Positions 28,497 to 38,199 of a stretch of 64,000 nucleotides of DNA are shown here, piece by piece. The notes below the pieces were generated by a model. That model worked only from the letters and a program-made list of their open reading frames with translations, had not been told where the DNA came from and did no database searches. Source of the stretch: an archaeon (GTDB lineage: Archaea; Micrarchaeota; Micrarchaeia; Norongarragalinales; UBA97); NCBI GenBank assembly GCA_020057405.1, contig JAGVFW010000004.1:96001-160000 (forward strand), written 5' to 3'. Position 1 is the first letter of the stretch. Each line of letters starts with the position of its first letter. The position numbers and the translations under genes are program-made.

Positions 28497-30170
28497 ATGG
28501 CTAACGTACTCGGCATTTGCGTTGCTTCGGAAGTCCAGGAACGGCATGATACTGGCGCCGCTCTAGTCAAGGACGGCAAGCTCATTGCGGCGGTTGAGGA
28601 AGAGCGCTTCACGCGCAAGAAGCACGAAACGGCCCCGCCCGTGCTCTCGGTAAAGTACTGCCTTGCGGCGGGTGGCCTGACGATGGATGACATCGACGGC
28701 ATTGCAATCATGTGGCGCGACGTGCAGGCGCCTTATGCGGATGTGCTAAACGCAGTTCTGCGCTACAACAAGGCCAAAAACGTGCTTTTGCGCAAGCTCG
28801 GCACTGACTTGAAGAAACTTGCTGGCGGCTACCGCGACCCGCAGCTTGACTTCCTGCGCGAATACAGCCGCTCGCCTCCAGTCACTTACTACGAACACCA
28901 CTTGACGCACGCCGCGACTGCTTTCTACCCGTCGGGCTTCAAAGACGCGGCGATAGTGACTGTCGACGGCACAGGCGAGTGGAACTCGACAGTCGCTTGG
29001 AAGGGCGGCGCCGACGGCATCACAAAACTAAAGGAAAAGCCCAACTCGCAGTCGCTCGGATTCTTTTACTCGGCAGTGACAAAGCACATCCGCATGGGAA
29101 GCCAGGCCGAAGGAAAGACCATGGGCCTGGCGCCGTACGGCAAGCACGACCCCGACATCTACTCGCGGCTTACCAACTTTATCAACCCGAACAAGGGCGA
29201 ATGGTACGAGGGCGCGACGACACGCGACATCAACCAGGCCGACCTCGGCTTTCCCCAACGGCTTGATTCTGAAAAAGCCACTAGCGAAAAGTACGCCAAC
29301 CTCGCCTACAACGCGCAGGAAATCCTAGAAGAGGCGCTCCTAAAAGTTTCCAAGTGGACGGTTGACGAAACCGGTTGCAAAAACATCTGCCTCTCTGGCG
29401 GAGTTGCGCTAAACTGCACGACGAACTCGCGCATCATCAACGCGGGCTTTGCGGATGACATTTTCATCTTCCCGGCAGCAAACGACGGCGGCACCGCAAT
29501 TGGGGCGGCGCTCCAGCTTGCTGAAGAACTTGGAGACAAGACGGCATTCCGGATGGAAAGCCCATACTGGGGCCCCGAATTCACCGACGAGCAAATTGAG
29601 GAAGCACTCAAGGAAAGCGGCGCGACCTTTGAAGAGACTGGCGACCCAAGTGGTTCTGCGGCGGACCTTATTGCAAAAGGCAAAATCATTTGCTGGTTCC
29701 AAGGCAGGATGGAAATCGGCCCCCGCGCGCTTGGGAACCGCAGCATCCTGGCAGACCCGACGCGCACAGACGTGTGGGAGCGCGTAAACGAGGTGAAGCT
29801 GCGCGAACAATGGCGGCCGCTCGCTCCAAGCATGCTCTACGAGGCCAAAGACGAGTACCTAGAAAACGCGCGCGACTCACCCTTCATGATACTCGCATTC
29901 CAAGTGCCAAAAAACAAGCACAAGGAAATCCCGGCGGTCGTACACGTCGACGGCAGCACCCGACCGCAAACCGTCAAGAAGACGACCAACGAAAAATACT
30001 GGAATCTCATCAAGAAACTCGAGCAAAACAACGGCACGCCGGTAACGATGAACACGAGCTTCAATGTCGGGCCGGAACCAATCGTCTGCACGCCAAAAGA
30101 CGCCATCCGGACGTTTAGGAACTCCAAGCTCGATGCCCTCGTCATCGGAAGCTATGTGCTGCAAAAGTAA
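28497..30170 (+). CDS. NodU/CmcH-family O-carbamoyltransferase, paralogue 2
   Basis: Same motif set; 3' half near-identical to paralogue 1. Confidence 0.95.
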   Translation: MANVLGICVASEVQERHDTGAALVKDGKLIAAVEEERFTRKKHETAPPVLSVKYCLAAGGLTMDDIDGIAIMWRDVQAPYADVLNAVLRYNKAKNVLLRKLGTDLKKLAGGYRDPQLDFLREYSRSPPVTYYEHHLTHAATAFYPSGFKDAAIVTVDGTGEWNSTVAWKGGADGITKLKEKPNSQSLGFFYSAVTKHIRMGSQAEGKTMGLAPYGKHDPDIYSRLTNFINPNKGEWYEGATTRDINQADLGFPQRLDSEKATSEKYANLAYNAQEILEEALLKVSKWTVDETGCKNICLSGGVALNCTTNSRIINAGFADDIFIFPAANDGGTAIGAALQLAEELGDKTAFRMESPYWGPEFTDEQIEEALKESGATFEETGDPSGSAADLIAKGKIICWFQGRMEIGPRALGNRSILADPTRTDVWERVNEVKLREQWRPLAPSMLYEAKDEYLENARDSPFMILAFQVPKNKHKEIPAVVHVDGSTRPQTVKKTTNEKYWNLIKKLEQNNGTPVTMNTSFNVGPEPIVCTPKDAIRTFRNSKLDALVIGSYVLQK

Positions 30171-30195
30171 GCTGCGCGTGACCGTTTCGCTTAAC

Positions 30196-31059
30196 TTAAC
30201 CTGAAAGACCGAGCGATAGCACAATTGCCAAAGGCACTAAGGCAAGAATGCCAACGGCGGCAGAAAAGTAGTGTGCGGGAATTCTCTCGGCGGCCCGGGT
30301 GATGACGTCCATGGTTCCAAGCGACACTGCGGCAGAAATTATGATGCCTAGCGCCGCGGCCTCGATTGAAATGCCCGAGAAGCCCTCGACAACGGCAAAC
30401 GCTGCAAAGGCGGCAAGAATCATCGGCGCGGCCATCAAAAAGCTGAGGCGAACGGCTTCGTCGGGCTTGAAACCCTGGGAAAGCAGGGCCGCCTGCGTGA
30501 TGCCGCTGCGGCTGATGCCCGGAAGCACGGCCAAGCCCTGGGCGAGGCCCGTAATGATTGAGGACTTTAGCGTGAGTCCTTCAGTCCGCTCAAGCGTTTC
30601 GGCCTCCGCTGGCGACGGGCCCTCGCGCGAGGCCCACATTATCACGGACATGGTAATCAAGAGAAGGCCGGCGGCTGCCAGGAGCCACTCGCCCTGAAGG
30701 CCGGCTAAGAAGTTCTTTGAAAGAAAGTAAAGCGGGAGGGCCAGGACTGCGGTTGCGGCAATTGAGACGAAAAGAAACGAGTGCTCCTTGTCGGGATAGT
30801 CGCGTGAGGAAAAATCAAGCAGGGAATAAGGGTTTGCGGCTGCCGACTTGACGGCGTTAAGGTACTCGTCGCGGTAGCGGTAGACTGCAGCGGCAAAGTC
30901 CCCCAAGTGCAGCATTAGGGCAAAGGCAAGCGCGTCCTTAAACGAAATGCCGAAAAGCCAGTTGCCTGCGAGGATGACTTGCGTCTTGCTGCTTACGGGA
31001 ATCCACGCGGTAATGCCCTGCACGACGGCCAAAACCGCCGCCTGGATTAAATCCACCAT
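30196..31059 (-). CDS. uppP: Undecaprenyl-diphosphate phosphatase (BacA/UppP family)
   Basis: VQGIT.WIPVSS, HLG, AQGLAVLPGISRSG, LSFLMA.P; note A in place of the usual catalytic E. Confidence 0.85.
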   Translation of the reverse strand: MVDLIQAAVLAVVQGITAWIPVSSKTQVILAGNWLFGISFKDALAFALMLHLGDFAAAVYRYRDEYLNAVKSAAANPYSLLDFSSRDYPDKEHSFLFVSIAATAVLALPLYFLSKNFLAGLQGEWLLAAAGLLLITMSVIMWASREGPSPAEAETLERTEGLTLKSSIITGLAQGLAVLPGISRSGITQAALLSQGFKPDEAVRLSFLMAAPMILAAFAAFAVVEGFSGISIEAAALGIIISAAVSLGTMDVITRAAERIPAHYFSAAVGILALVPLAIVLSLGLSG

Positions 31060-31109
31060 AAGTCGGGTTAACAGCTACTGAATAAAAACAGTGACGGAAT
31101 TACCCTTGC

Positions 31110-32165
31110 ATGGCGAAAATCGCGTTCTTCGACCTCGAGCCATGGGAAGAGGCGCACTTGAGAAAAAGGCTGGCCAAGCACACGCTTCACTTCATTGAAG
31201 GAACGCCAGCTAACGCTGCCCTTGCTGGGGCGGCAAACGACGAGATAATTGCCGCATTCGGCCACTACCCGCTTGACGGAGCTGCGCTTAAGCGCTTTGC
31301 CAAGCTCAAGCTCGTTGCGACGATGTCAACGGGATTCGACCACATCGACTTTCGCGAATGCAGCCGCAGGAAGATTATAGTGTGCAGCGTGCCGGCCTAT
31401 GGCGACAACACCGTTGCCGAACACACTTTCGCGCTTTTGCTCGCAATATCCCGAAACCTGCTCCCGTCAATCGAGCGCGCCAAAAGCGGCCGATTCACTC
31501 CCCACGGGCTGACCGGATTCGACTTGAAGGGAAAGACAATCGGCATCATCGGCACGGGCAGGATTGGCGCTTGGGCCGCGCACATCGCCCACGGGTTCGG
31601 CATGAACGTAATAGCATTTGACAAGCGAAAGAACCCGGACTTGGAAAAAGAGCTTGCAGTGCGTTACCAACGCTCTCTTTCCGCACTGCTTGCAAAGTCG
31701 GACATCATAGCCATTTTTGCGCCACTCACCCCCCAAACGCACCACATGATTGGGGAAAAGCAGTTTAGGCAAATGAAGAAAGGCGTTGTTTTGCTTAACA
31801 CAAGCCGCGGGGGCCTGGTTGACACCGACGCGCTAGTAAAGGCCATCGGCAACGGCACGGTTGCCCACGCTGGCCTCGACGTGCTTGAAGAGGAGGCTTT
31901 CATCCGCGAGGAACGCGAGCTTCTCGCAAAGCACCTGCAAAAACGATTTGACCTGAGAACTGCCCTGGAAAACCACGAGCTGCTCAACCACCCTGCGGTG
32001 CTTGTCACGCCACACAACGCGTTTAACTCAAAGGAAGCGCTGCAGCGGATTCTTGATACAACAGCAGAAAACATCACGGCGTTTCTAGCTGGCCGGCCCG
32101 TAAACTTAGTCTCATTAAAAGCACCGGCGGCGACAAAATCGCGCAGAAAACGCTTAGGGGCTTAG
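31110..32165 (+). CDS. D-2-hydroxyacid (D-lactate-like) dehydrogenase
   Basis: STGFDHID, VAEHTFAL, GIIGTGRIG, NTSRG, GLDVLEEE, TPHNAF. Confidence 0.92.
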   Translation: MAKIAFFDLEPWEEAHLRKRLAKHTLHFIEGTPANAALAGAANDEIIAAFGHYPLDGAALKRFAKLKLVATMSTGFDHIDFRECSRRKIIVCSVPAYGDNTVAEHTFALLLAISRNLLPSIERAKSGRFTPHGLTGFDLKGKTIGIIGTGRIGAWAAHIAHGFGMNVIAFDKRKNPDLEKELAVRYQRSLSALLAKSDIIAIFAPLTPQTHHMIGEKQFRQMKKGVVLLNTSRGGLVDTDALVKAIGNGTVAHAGLDVLEEEAFIREERELLAKHLQKRFDLRTALENHELLNHPAVLVTPHNAFNSKEALQRILDTTAENITAFLAGRPVNLVSLKAPAATKSRRKRLGA

Positions 32166-32800
32166 AGGACGCCGGCGGCAACGCCGCTCTTTATGACCGC
32201 AGCCTTCACACGGACGGCAACCTGCTCCCTTGACCCGCGGCCGTTGATTACGACAATGCGGTCTTTTGGAAACTGCTTCGGCAGGCGCAGGTAAAGGCTG
32301 CGCAGCCGCGCCATGAACTCAAGCCGCTCGAACTTCTCGTTTCCTTTCACATTGCGCTTTGAAAGGCGGCCGAAAGCCTCTTTTGCGGGCAAGTCGATGA
32401 GGAGCACTAAATCCGGCCGCGCTACCCCCGCGTGCATCTGCACAATGCGCTTTAGCGCAATGCCTTGGGTCTGCTGGAAGGCGTAAGAAGAATGCATGAA
32501 CCTGTCGCACAGCACAAGCTTGCCTGCCTTTAGCGCGGGAACAATTTCTTTAGCGCAGTGCTCTTTCCTGTCGGCAACATAGAGTTTTAGGAACCGTTCG
32601 GCGCCCGCGTAAGGGTCTTTTTCCGAATGAAGGAACCTTCGCAGGCGCCTGCCGTAGGTTCCCCAAGTGGGCTCGCGCGTGCAAACGATGCTAGTGAATT
32701 TCTTGCTTGTTGAAAAGAGCCACTGGGCGAGACGGAAGACCTGTTCGGTCTTGCCGCTCCCGTCGATGCCCTCAAATGCGATGAAAAATCCTTTAGCCAT
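32162..32800 (-). CDS. tmk: Thymidylate kinase
   Basis: FEGIDGSGKT, TREP, DRF..SS.AFQ. Confidence 0.93.
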   Translation of the reverse strand: MAKGFFIAFEGIDGSGKTEQVFRLAQWLFSTSKKFTSIVCTREPTWGTYGRRLRRFLHSEKDPYAGAERFLKLYVADRKEHCAKEIVPALKAGKLVLCDRFMHSSYAFQQTQGIALKRIVQMHAGVARPDLVLLIDLPAKEAFGRLSKRNVKGNEKFERLEFMARLRSLYLRLPKQFPKDRIVVINGRGSREQVAVRVKAAVIKSGVAAGVL

Positions 32801-32801
32801 G

Positions 32802-33380
32802 CTAAACCACTCCGAGGACTGGGGCGTAGAACGCAATGCCAAGCGCGGCTGCCGGAATCAAGAGGTTGTCGTCAATCCCGACGTCAATGCTCTCAATAGC
32901 GGCGAGGGCAACTGCGTAAAAGAAAGCCGAATAGAGGCCGATTAATGGGAAAGCAGCTGCGGTGCCAAAGGCCACAAAAGATAGCGTGCCGGCCCAGGTC
33001 TTGCTGGGATGCCACTCGAGCTTGCTCCCGCCCAAGTGGATGCCTGCAATGGTCGCCACCCCGTCGGCCACCGCCAGAATGGCGAGAATCGCAAGGGCGA
33101 GCTTAAACGACTGCGCAAACGACACGAGGAGAAGCGCGCCCGTAAAGTAAAAGAGGGCGCCCTTTCCAGGCAAGCCAGAGTCGCGCCGCTCGAAATTGGC
33201 TAAAACCCAGTCAACTGCAGCGACGCTTGTGCCAACGAGCTTTAGTTGGATGAGAAGCAAGCCAATTACCACAGCTGCAATCAAAAGCTCGACTAGCGCG
33301 GTCTTGCCAAACACGGCGCCGAAGGCTACAAAGCCAAGGCCGAAGAAAATGTGGATTAACTGCCTGCCAAGCTCGTTCAA
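32802..33380 (-). CDS. Dolichol/phytol kinase-like (CTP-dependent) membrane protein
   Basis: RQLIHI, ADG.AT..G, KTW.G, DDNLLIP. Confidence 0.85.
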   Translation of the reverse strand: MNELGRQLIHIFFGLGFVAFGAVFGKTALVELLIAAVVIGLLLIQLKLVGTSVAAVDWVLANFERRDSGLPGKGALFYFTGALLLVSFAQSFKLALAILAILAVADGVATIAGIHLGGSKLEWHPSKTWAGTLSFVAFGTAAAFPLIGLYSAFFYAVALAAIESIDVGIDDNLLIPAAALGIAFYAPVLGVV

Positions 33381-33943
33381 CGCTTTCTCCTCCTGGCGCG
33401 TCCGGCCTTTCGCCTGACTGGCGCTGCTGGTTTTCGCCTGTAGCTCGCAGTAAGAATGGCGGCGGCGGGGTCTACACCCTCCTTTCGAACATCGGAATCT
33501 TCCTTGCGGTCAAGGACTTCAACCAGCCATGCGGAAAACGCGTAAAGCGCAATTCCAAGCGCAATGCCGCCGGCCACCTGCGATGGCGAGTGCACGTTTA
33601 GGTAAACGCGGGAGCCGCTTGCTGCTATTGCAAAGGCGGCAAAGGGCCAGAACCAAACGCTGCCAAGCGCGGCCATCATGAAAACGGTTGAGGAAACAGC
33701 GTGGAAGGACGGCAGGCCGTAGTCGGGCGGGCAATCGCCTTGGAAGGACTCGCTAAAGCACGGCCGGTCTTCGTGGAACGCCTCCTTTAGCACTGGGACT
33801 ACAAGCACGACTAGCAAAAGCGCTAGGAGAAGCACTTTTCGCCTGCGGAGCAGAAGCGCACCCGCAACTAATGCAGCAGGCAAAAGCAGCGCGTAGTACT
33901 TGTCAAACACTAGCGACAGGGCCAGCAGAACTTCTTCGAGCAT
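33377..33943 (-). CDS. PAP2-family phosphatase
   Basis: K......RP, PSFH, SRVYL.VH motifs; longer start overlaps tRNA-Met. Confidence 0.85.
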   Translation of the reverse strand: MLEEVLLALSLVFDKYYALLLPAALVAGALLLRRRKVLLLALLLVVLVVPVLKEAFHEDRPCFSESFQGDCPPDYGLPSFHAVSSTVFMMAALGSVWFWPFAAFAIAASGSRVYLNVHSPSQVAGGIALGIALYAFSAWLVEVLDRKEDSDVRKEGVDPAAAILTASYRRKPAAPVRRKAGRARRRKR

Positions 33944-34000
33944 AACAAGTGGTAGCCAAACAACTCTTTTATTACTTTTCAACCGCCCAATTCCTATTGT

Positions 34001-34151
34001 GCCGGGGTGGCTCAGCCTGGAGGCTGGCCTGAAAGCCGGGTAATAGAGCACCAGACTCATAAGAGCCCACTGCAATCGCTGCAGTGGTCTACAAAACTCA
34101 AACGTGCTCTGCGCCATCTGGGTGTCGCGGGTTCAAATCCCGCTCCCGGCA
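34001..34151 (+). tRNA. tRNA-Met(CAT), elongator type, with two introns (34021-34043 in D-loop; 34062-34115 at canonical 37/38)
   Basis: Removing both gives GCCGGGG TG GCTC AGCCTGGTA GAGC A CCAGA CTCATAA TCTGG ... TTCAAAT ... TCCCGGC A; both junctions form BHB-like motifs. Confidence 0.9.
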
Positions 34152-34159
34152 CTTTACAA

Positions 34160-36808
34160 CTAGCCTAGCTTGCCGCGCGCAAACTTTGGCGAGCCGCCGC
34201 CCTTTGCGCCCGTTGATTGAAGTAGCTTGACTGCGTCAGAGCCGCTTTCGGGATTGCATGCAACTGCGATGAAGCCGCTAGAGTTGGAGGCTATTGCAGA
34301 GAGGCCCTTCTCTTCTGCAACGCGCAAGACGATTTTCTCAACCAACTCTTGCGCCAAGTCAAGCCCTTTGGCTTCGACGATGCCCTTGCCATCCGCCCGC
34401 GCTTGGGAGATTAGTTTTTCTCCAAGCAATTGCGCCAGCTGCTCGTCGGCCTTCAAAAGCTTCTTGCCGCGCTCTTTCCACTCGTCGTAGAGCTTGTGCT
34501 CTGCGGAGACAAGCTCGTTTCCGGGAACGCTGAAGACGGCGCTTGCATCCTCGACAACCGCGTGTTCCTTCTGCATCCACTTGACCGCTTCGGCGCCGGC
34601 GACATAGCGCAGGCGCACCATGCCGTCCTGGATGCCCTCGCTGCCAATAATTTTGATTGCGCCGATTAGTGAAGTGTTGGCCATGTGCAGGCCGCCGCAC
34701 GCCTGCGTGTCAAAGCCTTCGACTTCGATGATGCGAAGCGTCTTTCCAATTGCCCCGCCGCCCTGGTAGAGGCGGAAGCCGTACTTGCGCTCCGCCTCGC
34801 CGCGGTCCATCCACTTGAAGTTTATTGGCACTGCCTCGAGAACCTTCTGGTTGGCAAGCTCCTCGATGGCCTCCCTGTCCTCGCGTGAAAGCTTCTTGTA
34901 GTGCGTGATGTCAACGTGCGCCTCATCGACCTCTTTTCGGGAGCCGAATTGCCAGACGTGCTTGCCTAACACGCGTTGGGCACTCTGGATGACTAGGTGG
35001 GTTGCAGAGTGGTGGCGCATGAGTGCCAAACGCCGGTCCTTGTCGACGACGAGCTTGACTACGCTGCCTTCGGCAATGCCACTCGCGTCAGTGAGCTCGT
35101 GGACGATGACGTCGTCGACGTGGTCGACGAAAATGACTTCACGGCTGGCAATGAGGCCCTTGTCGGTCGCCTGCCCGCCGCCCTCGGGATAGAAAATCGT
35201 GGAGTCAAGCGCGACGCGGTTGCCCCTAACTGCAAGCACACGCGCGTGCAACTCTGTCAGGAGCGGCTTTTCGTAGTAGACGCGTTTTGTCGGCGCCACG
35301 CCCTCAAAAGCCTTGGCAAACGGCTTTGCCTCTTTGACACGCGAAGAGTGCTTGTCGGTCAGCAGGCGGTAGAATTCCGTCGGCACCTCGACTTTCTTGC
35401 CCTCCGACTTGGCGACTTTTTCAAGAAGTTCCGGGGTGACGCCGTGGCTCTCGTAGAGCACCTGCATTTCCTTCGTCGTGATTGGCTTGTTGCTTGAAAT
35501 CGTCTGTGACGCGACGCGCCTGCCCTTGTCTAGGCTCTCGGCGAACTTGCGCTTCTCGTGCGAAAGAATGTCAGAAATGCCGTCGAGGTTCTCGGAGAGC
35601 TCTGGGAAAAGCCCGCGTAGGTCGGCCGCCTGCAGGCGCATGAGGTCGATGAGCTCGAAGTCAAAGCCGTACTCGTCAATGAAGCCGAGCGAGCGGCGAA
35701 GAAGCACGCGCAGGTTGTAGCCGCCAGCGGCGTTTGAAGGCAGGGCGCCATCTGTGAGGGCGAACAAGAGTGCGCGCGAGTGGTCGGCAATGGCGTAAAT
35801 CGCCTGCATTGGCGCAATGGTTTTTTCAAGTTCCTCTAGAGAAATCTCGAGCGTGCGCGCAATCTTCTCCTTCTCGGCGCGCATGTTGATGGCGCTCTCG
35901 ACATCAAGGCCGGACGCGAGCCGCGAGTATCGTCGCGCCAGGTCTTCGGGCGGCTCGAAGCTCGCGCGCCGCTTCATGTACTCGATTTCTTTCGGGAAGA
36001 CCGCGTCATAGGCACTCGGCGAGCCATTGTAGTACCACAAGAGGCGCTCGAAGCCCCAGCCCACGTCGATGACCTTCATGTCAAGCGGTTGGATGAGGTC
36101 GTTGTCGCCGCGGCGGAATTCGGTAAACACGCTGTTGACCAGTTCGCTGCCGCGCGAGAAGCTCTCGATGCACGGGCCGAAGCTGGAGAAGTCGGGAATG
36201 CTCCAGATGTCCTCGCCATAGGTGATTTCCTCCTTCGGGATTTCCATCACCTGGGTTAGAAAGTCGAAATTGTGCTGGATGCACTCGTCCTTCCAGTAGC
36301 CTCCCTTGCTCTTGTCGTCGCAGTCGAAAGAATGCTGGCCGGCCATCATGAAGCAGCTTAAGTGCCGACCGGTGACGCCGACGTTCGCGATGTCATTGAA
36401 GCGAAGGCACATCTGGGGAACGACTAGGGGATTTGCGGGATATTCGAAAACGGTCTTGCCGTGCTCGAGGCGCTGAAAATCTACGATTGAGGCGATTGTG
36501 AAGTAGAGGTCGTCGCGCCAGCGTGACAGGACGGGATAGCGGGGGATGATGGTGTGGCCGCGCTTTTTCCAGAAGTCCTCGTACTTTTTCCAAAAGCCAA
36601 CGTAAGTCTCTTGCCGGGGCTTTTCCTTGATGAAAGAGTAAGGCTCGTGAATTGAGTCGCCGCAGTTGGGCCGCTCGACGAGGCTCCAGTAGCCCTTGCC
36701 GCACTGGCACACGTAGCGCTTGAAGCCTTCATGCCTGAAGAGCTCGACCTCGTAGTGCTTTGCGTACTCGTCCGAGAACTTCTTCTTCAGGAACTCTTTG
36801 GAGAACAT
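34160..36808 (-). CDS. alaS: Alanyl-tRNA synthetase (archaeal type)
   Basis: RWRDDLYFTIASI, VGVTGRH, IDVGWGFER, ADH, FYPEGGGQ, HHSATH and CGG.H editing motifs. Confidence 0.97.
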   Translation of the reverse strand: MFSKEFLKKKFSDEYAKHYEVELFRHEGFKRYVCQCGKGYWSLVERPNCGDSIHEPYSFIKEKPRQETYVGFWKKYEDFWKKRGHTIIPRYPVLSRWRDDLYFTIASIVDFQRLEHGKTVFEYPANPLVVPQMCLRFNDIANVGVTGRHLSCFMMAGQHSFDCDDKSKGGYWKDECIQHNFDFLTQVMEIPKEEITYGEDIWSIPDFSSFGPCIESFSRGSELVNSVFTEFRRGDNDLIQPLDMKVIDVGWGFERLLWYYNGSPSAYDAVFPKEIEYMKRRASFEPPEDLARRYSRLASGLDVESAINMRAEKEKIARTLEISLEELEKTIAPMQAIYAIADHSRALLFALTDGALPSNAAGGYNLRVLLRRSLGFIDEYGFDFELIDLMRLQAADLRGLFPELSENLDGISDILSHEKRKFAESLDKGRRVASQTISSNKPITTKEMQVLYESHGVTPELLEKVAKSEGKKVEVPTEFYRLLTDKHSSRVKEAKPFAKAFEGVAPTKRVYYEKPLLTELHARVLAVRGNRVALDSTIFYPEGGGQATDKGLIASREVIFVDHVDDVIVHELTDASGIAEGSVVKLVVDKDRRLALMRHHSATHLVIQSAQRVLGKHVWQFGSRKEVDEAHVDITHYKKLSREDREAIEELANQKVLEAVPINFKWMDRGEAERKYGFRLYQGGGAIGKTLRIIEVEGFDTQACGGLHMANTSLIGAIKIIGSEGIQDGMVRLRYVAGAEAVKWMQKEHAVVEDASAVFSVPGNELVSAEHKLYDEWKERGKKLLKADEQLAQLLGEKLISQARADGKGIVEAKGLDLAQELVEKIVLRVAEEKGLSAIASNSSGFIAVACNPESGSDAVKLLQSTGAKGGGSPKFARGKLG

Positions 36809-36844
36809 CGAAGAAAGTAAGGGAGTGGGAAATTAATAAAAGAG

Positions 36845-37115
36845 GGGTGGCGGGTTGTACTCCGCTTTCTGTTGTCCACGGCATTGGACTGATGCGGCCC
36901 TAAGCCTTGCACCGAACGCGGCGCGTTTCATTCCCGTTCCGGCCAAAGTCGCGCGGGTTCATCCTGCGACCGGCGGGATTCGTTTCTGTTCCGCGTTCTC
37001 GCCTGAAGCGAGGGCGCTTTACGCGCCGGAACTGCATTGCTGCAGGGTGAGCGGAAGTTCCTCAGCTGCGTCCCCTGTGAGGGGAACGCTACCGACAGCC
37101 GTGCGCCCACCACCC
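36845..37115 (-). ncRNA. rnpB: RNase P RNA (compact)
   Basis: GAGGAACTTCCGCTCACC, AACAGAAAC, TGAAAC, GGTGCAAG and AACAGAAAGCGGAGTA conserved regions; P1, P2 (CACGGC/GCCGTG) and P4 pairings intact; TTTTAA ~27 nt upstream. Confidence 0.92.
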
Positions 37116-37238
37116 TTACATAGTATAGTGTAGAAGGGAGGTTAAAAACGGTTTGGAAAATGAGAAAAAGAAAGGGGAGAAACAAAAGCGAGCTCCCCGG
37201 AAGGAGAATGGTGCAATCCACGGAATGCTATTCCGAGA

Positions 37239-37268
37239 TTACTTCTTCTTTTTCTTCTTTGCTGCCAT
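37239..37268 (-). CDS. Micro-ORF MAAKKKKKK
   Basis: GGTGA SD 7 nt before ATG, TATA-like tracts upstream, hairpins + T-tract downstream. Confidence 0.5.
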   Translation of the reverse strand: MAAKKKKKK

Positions 37269-37337
37269 TCCGTTTTCACCCGCGTTCTTGTGAAATATTT
37301 TAATCGATTAACAGATAACCTAATTTAAACCTTAGCA

Positions 37338-38123
37338 ATGGGAGAAAACATGCAACAAGACGATGATTTTTCCAAACATATTTTCGCAGACGAGCACGAC
37401 ATGCACGCGGCGCTCCTCTCGGCATGCTCGCTTCTAGAGGTAAATTCGCAAAACGCGTCTGCGAAATTCTACAAGTACACCATGCTTAGGGCAACCGCGA
37501 CGCTTGAGAAAGGGGAAATCAAGCTCCGCGCGAGCGACGGCTTTCGAAGCGCGTCAAACGAAGTGCTACTCGGACTCTGCCTCTACCTCGTTGCGAAGCT
37601 CTTTAGAAGAAAAATCCGGGGCGACGGCGAAAGGTACGTTCGCGCTTATGGGGAATTCACCTCAAGCGAGGGAAGCAGGAAACTAAGCAATTCCATGCGC
37701 GTGCTTCGCGGAAGAAAAAGGCAAACGAACCCCAAGGGAGAATTCTTCGACCTCAACGCGTCAATCGCGCGCGTTGCTGCCGAGTACTGGCAAGAGCTTG
37801 ACGGCATCGAACTGCCAACCCCGACTTGGGGGGACAGCCGTAGCACGCGGGTCCTCGGCTACTACGACGACGCGTTTAACGAAATCGTGATTAACAAGGC
37901 TTTAGACGACAGGCGCGTGCCCGAGTTCGTGCTCGACTACGTAGTCTACCACGAGCTGCTTCACGCAAAACATTCACCGCATTACGGCCGGGGAAAGTCG
38001 CTTCGGACAACCGTGCACACAACCGCCTTCAAGCGCGACGAGGAGAAATACCCGCGCCTGGAGGAGGCGCAGGCGTGGGTTGGCAAAAACCGCAGACTTT
38101 TCTACGAAATTCGTATTTTATGA
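37338..38123 (+). CDS. YgjP/SprT-like zinc metallopeptidase-fold protein
   Basis: LGYY, I.IN..LD...VP.FVLDYVVYHELLH, H...F. Confidence 0.85.
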   Translation: MGENMQQDDDFSKHIFADEHDMHAALLSACSLLEVNSQNASAKFYKYTMLRATATLEKGEIKLRASDGFRSASNEVLLGLCLYLVAKLFRRKIRGDGERYVRAYGEFTSSEGSRKLSNSMRVLRGRKRQTNPKGEFFDLNASIARVAAEYWQELDGIELPTPTWGDSRSTRVLGYYDDAFNEIVINKALDDRRVPEFVLDYVVYHELLHAKHSPHYGRGKSLRTTVHTTAFKRDEEKYPRLEEAQAWVGKNRRLFYEIRIL

Positions 38124-38199
38124 GCAGTTTTATATAGTTTTTCGTAGAAAAATTGTGTTGGAAGGCAACTCTCCCAAGGAGGCCATCCGCTAAGGTGTT

